DNA from: Pseudotevenvirus miller | Taxonomy: Duplodnaviria > Heunggongvirae > Uroviricota > Caudoviricetes > Straboviridae | Reading direction: 5' to 3' (one strand) | Virus record (IMG/VR): IMGVR_UViG_2706796139_000001 | Span: 114,895 to 178,894 of that record | DNA: 64,000 nucleotides | In this document: piece by piece, positions 10,989 through 22,979 of the stretch | Numbering within the stretch: position 1 is the stretch's first letter | Layout of the letters: every line of letters begins with the position of its first letter | The notes under the pieces: generated by a model | The model's database searches: none | Seen by the model: the letters and a program-made list of their open reading frames with translations, nothing else | Told to the model about the DNA's origin: nothing | Made by a program: the position numbers and the translations under genes

Positions 10989-11735
10989 ATGCAAAACTGG
11001 GATGAAAGTTTATTCGCTCAGTTGTCAACGGGGGAGGGAGTCGATCGCAACTTAAAGGATCAAGTCACTAACCCGTATGTAAACTGGTACAAATATAACC
11101 CAACACAACAGCTACATGATTCACTTACAGCAGAATCAATCCAGATGAAATCACCTGATATGTATTATGTCAGACGTGAATTTGTGAATATAGATAAAAT
11201 TCTGGGTGAAGACCGAGAGTCTAAATTCACGAAATCGTGGAAGATCGCTGCATATATTGAATCATATGCTAACTATGAAGGACAGCGGGACTTCTTTAGC
11301 AAATTCGGGTTGAGTTCTAACGACGAAATGACGCTGGTACTAAATCCGCGTTTATTTGCACATCAAACTGATGGTGGTATTCCGGTGCTGGGGGATTTGG
11401 TTTATTTCCCAATGGATAACAGCTTGTTTGAAATTACATGGGTGGAAGCAGATCCGTTCTATCAGTTCGGTGATCGTCCTCAACGTAAAATCAACCTGGC
11501 TAAATTCATCTACACGGGCGAAGAATTGGCTCCTGAATTGCAGCGAAACGAAGGAATCCATATCGAACCTGATGCAGAACTGGATCTTGAACCTATTCGA
11601 AATCTTGACGGGCTGGCAGATATTAACATTGAACAGTACGAAGAAGACAAAGAATTTGAAAGAGAAGGTGACGAGTTTATCGAATCTTTTGATGTTGTCA
11701 ACGGTCGCGGTTCTCCGTTTGCTACACTGCCCTAA
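10989..11735 (+). CDS. 14: Neck protein gp14
   Basis: NPYVNW, YEGQRDFFSKFG, GDLVYFPMDNSLFEI. Confidence 0.93.
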   Translation: MQNWDESLFAQLSTGEGVDRNLKDQVTNPYVNWYKYNPTQQLHDSLTAESIQMKSPDMYYVRREFVNIDKILGEDRESKFTKSWKIAAYIESYANYEGQRDFFSKFGLSSNDEMTLVLNPRLFAHQTDGGIPVLGDLVYFPMDNSLFEITWVEADPFYQFGDRPQRKINLAKFIYTGEELAPELQRNEGIHIEPDAELDLEPIRNLDGLADINIEQYEEDKEFEREGDEFIESFDVVNGRGSPFATLP

Positions 11736-11814
11736 ATACAAATAGGGGAAACCCTATACATGTAGGGTGTATGATGAAAATCTGCACCCGATTAAACCCA
11801 TACAGGAAAATAAA

Positions 11815-12638
11815 ATGTTTGGATATTGGTATAATAGTTCGCTGCGTAACTATATCGTTCTGATGGGTGCGCTTTTCAATCACGTTCAAGTGAAACGAGT
11901 GCGCGGCGAACAAGAAAAATTTATTAAGGTTCCGATCACCTACGCTTCCAAAGAGAAGTTTCTCGCTTCCATGAATAAACTCAACTACACGTTGAGTCAG
12001 GAAAACGTAGCAAAAACCGAAACTATTTTACCGCGAATGAACCTATCACTGGTCGATCTGCAATATAACGCAATTCGTAAAACCAGCATCGCGGTCAACC
12101 AAAAAATGACGCAGTTACAAACACCGCGTAAAACGATCACACAGTTTAACCCTGTGCCATATCGTCTTATTTTTGAACTGGGTGTTTATACCCGCTACGA
12201 AGATGATATGTTTCAGATCGCAGAACAGATTTTACCGTATTTTCAACCGCATTTCAACTGCAAGATCACCGAACTGCATAAAAACGAAATCAAGGTTGAC
12301 CGAGACATCAAAATAAGTCTCCAATCAGTAGCACCTGATACTACGTTTGAAGGTGACGTTAACCAACGCAGACACGTTGAATGGTCTTTCATGTTTGAAT
12401 TGCAGGGTTATCTGTACCCGCCTGTGACGGATGTCAAAGGTGAAATCAGAACAGTATATACTGATTTCTTTGCCAATATGAACCCATTGGATAAAGATAA
12501 CTTTGAATCAGTAGACAGTCAAGTAGATCCGGTCGATTTACCGCTTCAAGATTATACAGACGAAGAATACATTCAGACTTACTCGCGCAATACGCCGATC
12601 CCGTCTGGTGATGAACCTCCGAAGCCGAGGGGAACATA

Positions 12639-12639
<1 letters not shown>
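11815..12639 (+). CDS. 15: Tail sheath stabiliser/terminator gp15
   Basis: MFGYWYNSSLRNY matches T4 gp15 N-terminus; start moved from track GTG 11767 to ATG 11815 with RBS CAGGA. Confidence 0.92.
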
Positions 12640-14979
<2,340 letters not shown>

Positions 14980-14994
14980 AGAGGAAATTCTATA

Positions 14995-16986
14995 ATGGCT
15001 TTACAATCTCCAGGTATTGAAACCAAAGAAACATCGGTACAATCTACCGTTGTTCGAAATTCAACTGGTCGCGCTGCCATTGTTGGTAAATTTTCATGGG
15101 GGCCAGCTTATCAGATCCGTCAGATTTCTAACGAAGTCGAACTGGTAAACTATTTCGGTTCTCCAGACAACCTAACCGCTGACTATTTCATGAGTGCTGT
15201 TAACTTCTTGCAGTACGGTAATGATCTCCGTGTGGTTCGTGTTGTCGATAAAGATGCCGCAAAAAACGCAAGCGCAATTTTTAACCAGATCAAAACAACT
15301 ATCGCATCGCAAGGTTCTAACTATACCGTTGGCGACGTGATCAAAGTAAAATATAGCAACACCGTAGTAGAAGAAAACGGTAAAGTGTCCAAAGTTGACA
15401 GTAACGGTAAAATCCTTTCGGTAGTCATCCCAAGCGAAAAAATCGTTGCTCGTGCTAAACAGATCGGCACGTATCCAGATATTTCTACTGGCTGGACTAC
15501 TGAAATCGTTTCTCAGTCTTCCGGTGTGTCTGCGTCAATCACGATCGATGGTATCGAAAGCGATTCTGGTATCACTCTGTTGAACCTGGATATTGCTAAA
15601 GAAACCATTCAGGGAACTTCGTTCCAGACGCTGACCCAGAAATATCAGATCCCGTCTGTCGTGGCTCTGTATCCTGGTGAACTGGGTTCTACTGTACAGG
15701 TGGAGATTATCTCCAAAGCTGCTTACGATTCTGGCGCTATGATTTCCGGCTTCCCTTCTGGGATCTCCGTTAAAAACAGCGGTCGTTCTGTGATGACCTA
15801 TGGTCCACAAACCGACAACCAGTACGCTTTTGTTGTTCGTCGTGGTGGTATTGTACAAGAATCTTTCATCGTGTCAACAGAAAAAACGGATAAAGATATC
15901 TACGGCGTGAACATCTACATGGATGACTTTTTCGCTAATGGTGGTTCTCAGTACGTATTCGGTACTTCTATGAACTGGCCTAAAGGTTTCTCCGGTATTC
16001 TGGAATTTGGCGGTGGTCTGTCTTCTAACGACACCGTAGGCGCTGATGAACTGATGAACGGTTGGGATATGTTTGCAGATCGCGAAGCCTTACACGTTCC
16101 GCTGTTGATTGCTGGCGCATGTGCTGGTGAATCTGTAGAGATTTCTTCTACTGTTCAGAAGCACGTTATTTCGATCGGTGACGAACGTCAGGATTGTACT
16201 GTGTTTGTATCGCCTCCGCGCTCTCTTCTGGTGAACATTCCTCTTGCTCAGGCAGTGGATAACATCGTTGAATGGCGTATGGGATACACGATCAGTGGCA
16301 ATACTCCGGTTGATAATAACCTGAACGTAAGTTCAAGCTATGGCTTCCTGGATGGTAACTATAAATATCAGTATGATAAATACAATGACGTGAACCGTTG
16401 GGTTCCGCTGGCAGGTGATATTGCTGGTCTGTGTGTTTACACTGATAGCGTTGCTAACCCGTGGATGTCTCCGGCTGGTTACAACCGTGGTCAGATCCGT
16501 AACTGTATTAAACTGGCTATTGAACCGCGTACAGCACACCGTGACGCGATGTATCAGGTTCAGATTAACCCGGTAACTGGTTTTGCAGGTGGCTCTGGTT
16601 TCGTTCTGTACGGTGATAAAACACTGACTAGCGTTCCAAGTCCGTTTGACCGTATCAACGTTCGTCGCTTGTTCAACATGATCAAGAAAGACATCGGTGA
16701 TAACGCGAAATACAAACTGTTCGAAAACAACGACGATTTCACCCGTGCTTCGTTCCGTATGGATACTGGTCAGTACATGACTAATATTCGTGCGCTGGGT
16801 GGTTGCTATGATTACCGTGTAATCTGCGACACCACAAACAACACATCGGATGTAATCGATCGTAACGAGTTTGTAGCGACTGTTTACGTGAAACCGCCTC
16901 GCTCTATCAACTACATCACTCTGAACTTCGTAGCAACGTCTACAGGCGCAGATTTCGATGAACTGGTAGGCCCACAAGCCGTATAA
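14995..16986 (+). CDS. 18: Tail sheath protein gp18
   Basis: LQSPGIETKE, RWVPLAGDIAG, WMSPAGYNRG, FDRINVRRLF. Confidence 0.97.
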   Translation: MALQSPGIETKETSVQSTVVRNSTGRAAIVGKFSWGPAYQIRQISNEVELVNYFGSPDNLTADYFMSAVNFLQYGNDLRVVRVVDKDAAKNASAIFNQIKTTIASQGSNYTVGDVIKVKYSNTVVEENGKVSKVDSNGKILSVVIPSEKIVARAKQIGTYPDISTGWTTEIVSQSSGVSASITIDGIESDSGITLLNLDIAKETIQGTSFQTLTQKYQIPSVVALYPGELGSTVQVEIISKAAYDSGAMISGFPSGISVKNSGRSVMTYGPQTDNQYAFVVRRGGIVQESFIVSTEKTDKDIYGVNIYMDDFFANGGSQYVFGTSMNWPKGFSGILEFGGGLSSNDTVGADELMNGWDMFADREALHVPLLIAGACAGESVEISSTVQKHVISIGDERQDCTVFVSPPRSLLVNIPLAQAVDNIVEWRMGYTISGNTPVDNNLNVSSSYGFLDGNYKYQYDKYNDVNRWVPLAGDIAGLCVYTDSVANPWMSPAGYNRGQIRNCIKLAIEPRTAHRDAMYQVQINPVTGFAGGSGFVLYGDKTLTSVPSPFDRINVRRLFNMIKKDIGDNAKYKLFENNDDFTRASFRMDTGQYMTNIRALGGCYDYRVICDTTNNTSDVIDRNEFVATVYVKPPRSINYITLNFVATSTGADFDELVGPQAV

Positions 16987-17010
16987 CGTCAAAGGGGGCT
17001 GAAACGCCCC

Positions 17011-17018
17011 CATAAATA
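17011..17018 (+). promoter_or_regulatory. Late promoter for gp19, preceded by GGGGGC/GCCCCC hairpin (16994-17011)
   Basis: CATAAATA. Confidence 0.55.
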
Positions 17019-17032
17019 ATCCGAGGTTAAAA

Positions 17033-17518
17033 ATGCTTACTGACATTTTACGTGCCTTTGAATCCGGCGATTTCGCACGTCCGAACTTGTTCGAAGTAGA
17101 GATCCCGTATCTGGGCAAAAATTTTAGATTCAAATGTAAAGCGGCAACTATGCCAGCGGCTACAGTTGAAAAAGTTCCCGTAGGCTACCAGAACCGCAAA
17201 ATAAACGTTGCTGGTGACCGTACCTATGACGATTGGACAATCACAGTTTATAATGATGACGCACACGTTACGCGTGACGCTCTGGTAGCATGGTCAAACA
17301 TGATGCACGGAATGGGTGATCAGATTAGCGGTGATATTCCAGCGAACTATAAAAAAACCGCTACGGTAAAACAGAAAAACCGTAACGACGAAGTAACCGC
17401 CGAACATACCATTCATGGGCTTTTCCCGACCAACGTTGGTGAAGTAACTCTTGATTGGGACAGCAACAACGAAATTTCAACTTTCGAGTGTACTTTCGCG
17501 CTGGATTGGTGGGAATAA
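17033..17518 (+). CDS. 19: Tail tube protein gp19
   Basis: FESGDFARPNLFEVE, INVAGDRTYDDWTITVYND, ends DWWE. Confidence 0.96.
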   Translation: MLTDILRAFESGDFARPNLFEVEIPYLGKNFRFKCKAATMPAATVEKVPVGYQNRKINVAGDRTYDDWTITVYNDDAHVTRDALVAWSNMMHGMGDQISGDIPANYKKTATVKQKNRNDEVTAEHTIHGLFPTNVGEVTLDWDSNNEISTFECTFALDWWE

Positions 17519-17523
17519 AGAGT

Positions 17524-17550
17524 TATAAATACAGGGGTAGCAATACCCCT
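17524..17550 (+). promoter_or_regulatory. Late promoter plus 5' GNRA hairpin for gp20
   Basis: TATAAATA 17524-17531 then AGGGGTA-GCAA-TACCCCT. Confidence 0.75.
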
Positions 17551-17572
17551 ATCATTATTTTTCGGAGTTACT

Positions 17573-19147
17573 ATGAACTTTATGGGCTTAGGCAATGTAC
17601 TTAGCTTTTTCAAGAATTTCGCCCGTGAGGATGAAATTGAACTTGAACAGCAATTAAAAAATGATACAGGTTCGGTCGCGCCTCCTAAAAATAATGATGG
17701 TGCATACGAAATCGAAACCGATCTGAATAATCAGAAATATGCTGGTGTATTCCAACAGTTTTACTCTGGACAAGATCCTGCGATTCAAAACAAAGAACAA
17801 TTAATTAATACGTATCGCGGTATTATGTCATATCCAGAAGTAGAAAACGCTGTTTCAGAAATCATTGACGACGCGATCGTTAATGAACAGGGTAAAGATA
17901 TTATCACAATGGATCTGGCTAAAACTGGGTTCAGCAAAGCGATCCAAGATAAGATCGTTGAAGAGTTTGATAACGTCCTAAATATCTATGACTTTGATAA
18001 CATGGGCGCTCGTTTGTTCCGTGATTGGTATGTGGATTCTCGAATCTATTTCCATAAAATCATGCACAAAGACGAGACAAAAGGTATCCGTGAATTGCGC
18101 CAACTTGATCCGCGCTGCATGGAACTTATACGAGAATCTATCACTGAAACCCTTGATGGTGGTGTGAAAGTATTCCGTGGTTATCGCGAATTTTTCGTGT
18201 ATAGCGCTCCTAAAGCTGGCTATACGTACAACGGGCAGATCTACCAGGCAAACCAGAAAATTAAAATCCCGCGTTCCGCTATCGTTTACGCTCATTCTGG
18301 TCTGGAAGATTGCAGCAACAATATTATCGGATATCTTCACCGCGCTGTCAAGCCAGCAAACCAATTACGTTTGCTTGAAGATGCGATGGTAATTTACCGT
18401 ATCACCCGCGCACCTGAACGCCGTGTGTTCTATATCGACGTAGGTCAGATGGGTGGCAACAAAGCTACACAGTATGTAAATAACATTGCACAGGGGCTTA
18501 AAAACCGCGTTGTGTATGATGCCAGAACAGGTACTGTGAAAAACCAGCAAAACAACCTGTCTATGACAGAAGATTACTGGTTGATGCGTCGTGACGGTAA
18601 AGCAATCACAGAGGTTTCTACGCTTCCAGGCGGTCAGAACTTCTCTGATATGGATGATATCAAATGGTTTAACCGTAAGCTCTATGAAGCCCTGCGTGTA
18701 CCATTAAGCCGTATGCCTCGTGATGATGGAGGTATGCAAATTGGTGGTGGTGGTGAAATCACCCGTGATGAACTGAAATTTAGTAAGTTTATCCGTACAC
18801 TGCAAATTCAGTTCAGCCCTGTGCTCGCAGATCCGTTAAAAACGAACCTGATCGCGAAGAAAATTATCACAGAGGAAGAATGGGAAGAAAACGTAAGTAA
18901 AATTTCGTTTGTATTCCAGCAAGATTCATATTATGCCGAAGTTAAAGACATCGAAATACTTGAGCGTCGTCTGAATTTAATGTCTCAGGTTGAAGGTGTG
19001 GTCGGGAAATATGTCTCCCATAAATACATTATGAAAGAGATTCTTCGAATGTCCGACGAGGATATCGACGAACAGACGAAACTGATCGAAGAAGAATCTA
19101 AAGAAGAACGTTTTAAAAATCCAGAAGCGGAAGAGGAAAACTTTTGA
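17573..19147 (+). CDS. 20: Portal vertex protein gp20
   Basis: NQLRLLEDAMVIYRITRAPERRVFYIDVG, MTEDYWL.RRDGK. Confidence 0.97.
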   Translation: MNFMGLGNVLSFFKNFAREDEIELEQQLKNDTGSVAPPKNNDGAYEIETDLNNQKYAGVFQQFYSGQDPAIQNKEQLINTYRGIMSYPEVENAVSEIIDDAIVNEQGKDIITMDLAKTGFSKAIQDKIVEEFDNVLNIYDFDNMGARLFRDWYVDSRIYFHKIMHKDETKGIRELRQLDPRCMELIRESITETLDGGVKVFRGYREFFVYSAPKAGYTYNGQIYQANQKIKIPRSAIVYAHSGLEDCSNNIIGYLHRAVKPANQLRLLEDAMVIYRITRAPERRVFYIDVGQMGGNKATQYVNNIAQGLKNRVVYDARTGTVKNQQNNLSMTEDYWLMRRDGKAITEVSTLPGGQNFSDMDDIKWFNRKLYEALRVPLSRMPRDDGGMQIGGGGEITRDELKFSKFIRTLQIQFSPVLADPLKTNLIAKKIITEEEWEENVSKISFVFQQDSYYAEVKDIEILERRLNLMSQVEGVVGKYVSHKYIMKEILRMSDEDIDEQTKLIEEESKEERFKNPEAEEENF

Positions 19148-19398
19148 TGAAAGAATTTATCGAAGCAATCAAAAGCGGTGATCTGGTGGAGGCTAAAAAG
19201 CAATTTTACTCCATCATGGAAGACCGTACCGAAGCCCTTCGCCAAGAAATGCGCGTTGAAATTGCAGAAGCAGTACGAATCGAAGGTGAAACCGACGAAG
19301 ATGACGGCGACGACGACAAAGACGACAAAGATAATGGCGACGGCGACGAAAAAGATAAAGACAAAAAGCCGTCTGATAAAGACGACAAAGACGAATAA
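19147..19398 (+). CDS. 67: Prohead core protein gp67
   Basis: AIKSGDLVEAKK.F; acidic tail; ATG overlaps gp20 stop. Confidence 0.88.
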   Translation: MKEFIEAIKSGDLVEAKKQFYSIMEDRTEALRQEMRVEIAEAVRIEGETDEDDGDDDKDDKDNGDGDEKDKDKKPSDKDDKDE

Positions 19399-19410
19399 GA
19401 GGTGTAAATA

Positions 19411-19818
19411 ATGCAACTCGAACTCGAAGAAATTAGTGTTGAAGAACTTGAACCCCATTTAAGCGAAGCGAAAGCTCGCGTTGATATTTTGGGGATCGAT
19501 GAAGCCACTATTAAAATCATCGAAAATTTGGCGGTCGATGAACCTCATTTAGCACTTGCTATGATGTCCATTGTCGAGGGTTTGAGTTTAGATGAAGTCA
19601 TTGTTAAACACGTTGATTCTCGTGGTAATGTGGAACGTAAAAAAGACCGCAAAACTCGTGAACGTAACGCGTATCAAACAACTGGCCTTACTAAGTCTCA
19701 ACGTCGCCAGATCGCGCGTCGTGCGATGAAAACAAAACGTGCAAACCCTTCTATTACAACCCGCGCACAACGCAAGCGTAAAAAAGCGCTCCGTAAACGC
19801 GCCGCATTAGGGCTATAA
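19411..19818 (+). CDS. 68: Prohead core protein gp68
   Basis: VKHVDSRG...KDRKTRERNAYQTTGL; basic C-terminus. Confidence 0.9.
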   Translation: MQLELEEISVEELEPHLSEAKARVDILGIDEATIKIIENLAVDEPHLALAMMSIVEGLSLDEVIVKHVDSRGNVERKKDRKTRERNAYQTTGLTKSQRRQIARRAMKTKRANPSITTRAQRKRKKALRKRAALGL

Positions 19819-19820
19819 AT

Positions 19821-20468
19821 ATGAATGAATCCCAACTCAATGAAAACGGCGATATGCTGCTAATCGAGGAATGGGGTTTACCTTGTGCGGATATTTCCGA
19901 TTCTATTTTGGAATCGGTCGGAACGTCGAAAGACGGTAAACTGAGGATTGAAGGTATTTTCCTGCAAGCCGAAAAAGTTAACCGAAATAAACGACTGTAT
20001 CCGAAAAAAGTATTAGAAGAAGCAGTAAATGATTATATCAGAACTCAAGTCAATACCCGTCAAGCATTGGGTGAAATGAATCACCCGCCGCGTCCTAACG
20101 TAGACCCGCGTAATGCTTGTATCCTCATTGAAAAAATGTGGTGGAAAGGTAATGACGTTTGGGGCCGTGCTGTTGTTGTTGAAGGTGACAATGGCGATGG
20201 TGATAAACTTGCAGCGTTAATTCGTGCTGGTTGGGTTCCTGGTGTTTCTTCTCGCGGATTGGGTAAACTTGCCGATTCTGGTAAAGGTTACGGTATCGTA
20301 CAAGAAGGTTTTAAATTGGCTGTAGGTGTTGATGTTGTTTGGGGACCAAGTGCTCCAGATGCTTACGTTAAGCCGATTGCCGAATCTCAGCAGACACAAC
20401 CGCTTGTTGAGAATATTAGTGCTGATGACGCTTTCAGAAAACTTTCTGAACGTTTGAAAGGTCTATAA
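19821..20468 (+). CDS. 21: Prohead protease gp21
   Basis: IEGIFLQAEKVNRNKRLYP, ALGEMNHP, GVSSRGLG, DVVWGPSAPDA. Confidence 0.96.
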   Translation: MNESQLNENGDMLLIEEWGLPCADISDSILESVGTSKDGKLRIEGIFLQAEKVNRNKRLYPKKVLEEAVNDYIRTQVNTRQALGEMNHPPRPNVDPRNACILIEKMWWKGNDVWGRAVVVEGDNGDGDKLAALIRAGWVPGVSSRGLGKLADSGKGYGIVQEGFKLAVGVDVVWGPSAPDAYVKPIAESQQTQPLVENISADDAFRKLSERLKGL

Positions 20469-20471
20469 ATA
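20464..20471 (+). promoter_or_regulatory. Late promoter for gp22
   Basis: Perfect TATAAATA. Confidence 0.75.
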
Positions 20472-20498
20472 ATATCATATCAAACAGGAAACTTAGAA

Positions 20499-21290
20499 AT
20501 GCTAAAAGAACAACTGTTGGCAGAAGCCCAGAACCTGGATACTCCAGTTGAGTTAGACAGCATTTTCGAATCAGTTGAACTTTCTGATGAAGTGAAAGCG
20601 AATTTCACCACTGTATTCGAACAAGCTGTAAAAGCAAACGCTGTTAAGCTCGCTGAATCCCATATCACCCAGATCGCGGAACGTTCCGATGAACTGGTTG
20701 AAGCCCAGGTTGCCGAAAAAGCTGGCGAAATCGAAACACGACTGTACGAAGATGCAAATAAATACTTCGACCACATCGCGCAAGAATGGCTCTCTGAAAA
20801 TAAAGAAGCCGTATCCCGCGATATTAAGGCCGACCTATTCGAATCTCTGGTTACTGGCATGAAAGAATTGTTCGTTGATCACAACGTAATTATTCCAGAA
20901 GCCCAGGTTGATGTTGTTGCAGAACTCGAAGATGAACTGACTGAAAATCAGCAGGAAGTTAAACGCCTGTTCGAAGCAAATCAGGCTCAGGCTAAAGAGA
21001 TCGCCAACATGAAACGCGATACCATCGTTTCAGAAAAAACCAAAGATTTAACTGAATCTCAGGTTGAGAAAGTTCAGAACCTGATCGAAGGTTTGGAATA
21101 TTCCGACAAGTTCGAATCCAAACTGACCGCAATTGTCGAAATGGTAGCGACTAAAGCGGAAAAACAGGTTGACGAGAGTACCACTACTCAGACAACCACT
21201 AAAGACGACTTTGTTCCGGTGAACGAAAACGCTCCGGCAGAGAAATCGAAGATCAATAAATATGTTGAAGCGGCTAAACGCCTTTCCTAA
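20499..21290 (+). CDS. 22: Prohead core scaffold gp22
   Basis: MLKEQLLAEA, IKADLFESL..GMKELF..HNV. Confidence 0.94.
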   Translation: MLKEQLLAEAQNLDTPVELDSIFESVELSDEVKANFTTVFEQAVKANAVKLAESHITQIAERSDELVEAQVAEKAGEIETRLYEDANKYFDHIAQEWLSENKEAVSRDIKADLFESLVTGMKELFVDHNVIIPEAQVDVVAELEDELTENQQEVKRLFEANQAQAKEIANMKRDTIVSEKTKDLTESQVEKVQNLIEGLEYSDKFESKLTAIVEMVATKAEKQVDESTTTQTTTKDDFVPVNENAPAEKSKINKYVEAAKRLS

Positions 21291-21311
21291 TCTTTTATAA
21301 GGTAAGAAACA

Positions 21312-22886
21312 ATGTCTAAGAAAAACGAATTGATGGAAAAATGGAACGATCTTCTGGAATCTCAGGAAGGTTTACCGGATATCGCTACCAAATCCAAAAA
21401 ACAACTGGTTGCTGCCATTCTGGAAGCACAGGAAAAAGACGCTGAAACCGATCCGGTTTACCGCGACGAAAAAATTGTGGAATCCTTCGGTGGTTTCCTG
21501 GCAGAAGCAGAAATTGCTGGCGATCATAACTATGATCCGACCAACATCGCTTCCGGTAAATCCAGCGGTGCTATCACCAACATTGGCCCTGCTGTAATCG
21601 GTATGGTTCGCCGTGCGATTCCTAACCTGATCGCATTCGACATTTGCGGTGTTCAGCCTATGACTGGCCCTACTGGTCAGGTGTTCGCTCTCCGTGCTGT
21701 CTACGGTAAAGATCCTCTGGCTGGCGGTACTCCGGCAGATGTTCGTGAAGCATTCCATCCGATGTTTGCCCCGGATACCATGTATTCTGGTGAAGGTGCT
21801 CACACTGCATTCGCGAAAATCACCACTGGTACAGCGATCGCTACTGGCGCTATCGTATACCACATTTTCCAGGAAACGGGTATTGCATACTTCCAGAACG
21901 TTACCTCTGGCAACGTAACTGTAACTGGTGCTGATCCGGCTGCTCTGGATGCTGCTGTAATCGCAGAGAACGAAAAAGGTACTCTGGCTGAAATCTCTGT
22001 TGGTATGGCTACCAGTGTAGCAGAACTGCAAGAGAACTTCAACGGTTCCAGCTCTAACCCGTGGAACGAAATGGCTTTCCGTATCGACAAACAGGTTATC
22101 GAAGCCCGTAGCCGTCAACTGAAAGCACAGTATTCTGTTGAACTGGCACAGGATCTTCGCGCTGTTCACGGTATGGACGCTGACGCAGAACTGTCTGCAA
22201 TTCTGGCAACTGAAATCATGCTGGAAATCAACCGCGAAATCGTTGATCTGATCAACTATACCGCTCAGGTTGGTAAATCTGGTTTCACCCAGACCGTAGG
22301 CTCTAAAGCTGGCTCCTTCGACTTCCAAGATCCGGTAGATATTCGCGGCGCTCGTTGGGCTGGTGAAAGCTACAAGGCTCTGCTGATTCAGATCGACAAA
22401 GAAGCGAACGAAATCGCACGTCAAACAGGCCGTGGTGCTGGTAACTTCATCATCGCTTCCCGTAACGTGGTTTCCGCTCTGGCTCGTATCGACAGCGGCA
22501 TCACTCCGGCAAGTCAAGGTCTCCAGAAGACTCTGAACGTTGATACCACGAAAGCAGTATTCGCTGGTGTTCTGGGTGGCACTTACAAAGTGTACATCGA
22601 CCAGTACGCTCGCCAGGATTACTTCACCGTTGGCTTCAAGGGCGACAACGAAATGGATGCTGGTATCTACTACGCGCCATACGTTGCACTGACCCCGCTG
22701 CGTGGTTCTGATCCGAAGAACTTCCAGCCAGTAATGGGCTTCAAAACTCGTTACGGTATCGGTATCAACCCGTTTGCGAACTCTCGCTCTCAGGCTCCGG
22801 CAGATCGTATCACTTCTGGTATGATCAGCAAAGAAATGTGCGGTAAAAACGCATACTTCCGTAAGGTCTGGGTTAAAGGTCTGTAA
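21312..22886 (+). CDS. 23: Major capsid protein gp23
   Basis: VRRAIPNLIAFDICGVQPM, SRQLKAQYSVELAQDLRAVHGMDAD, QPVMGFKTRYG. Confidence 0.98.
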   Translation: MSKKNELMEKWNDLLESQEGLPDIATKSKKQLVAAILEAQEKDAETDPVYRDEKIVESFGGFLAEAEIAGDHNYDPTNIASGKSSGAITNIGPAVIGMVRRAIPNLIAFDICGVQPMTGPTGQVFALRAVYGKDPLAGGTPADVREAFHPMFAPDTMYSGEGAHTAFAKITTGTAIATGAIVYHIFQETGIAYFQNVTSGNVTVTGADPAALDAAVIAENEKGTLAEISVGMATSVAELQENFNGSSSNPWNEMAFRIDKQVIEARSRQLKAQYSVELAQDLRAVHGMDADAELSAILATEIMLEINREIVDLINYTAQVGKSGFTQTVGSKAGSFDFQDPVDIRGARWAGESYKALLIQIDKEANEIARQTGRGAGNFIIASRNVVSALARIDSGITPASQGLQKTLNVDTTKAVFAGVLGGTYKVYIDQYARQDYFTVGFKGDNEMDAGIYYAPYVALTPLRGSDPKNFQPVMGFKTRYGIGINPFANSRSQAPADRITSGMISKEMCGKNAYFRKVWVKGL

Positions 22887-22899
22887 TCGACTTTACACT

Positions 22900-22927
22900 A
22901 AAAGGCAACCTACGGGTTGCCTTTTTT
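22900..22927 (+). terminator. Intrinsic terminator after gp23
   Basis: AAAAGGCAACC-TACG-GGTTGCCTTTTTT. Confidence 0.9.
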
Positions 22928-22979
22928 ATTTGTGTAAATAGATACAGGTAAAACACCATATAATTCAGGAACCATAGAA

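Noticed and set aside
16333-17133. 266-aa antisense ORF across gp18/gp19
   Set aside because: Shadow ORF with no promoter, RBS or domain signal
19814-19821. TATAAATA overlapping the gp21 start codon
   Set aside because: A transcript from it would omit the annotated ATG; it could serve an internal start or gp22, but the sequence alone cannot support this
21372-22517. 381-aa antisense ORF inside gp23
   Set aside because: Mirror of strong codon bias in a highly expressed gene; no RBS or recognisable motifs
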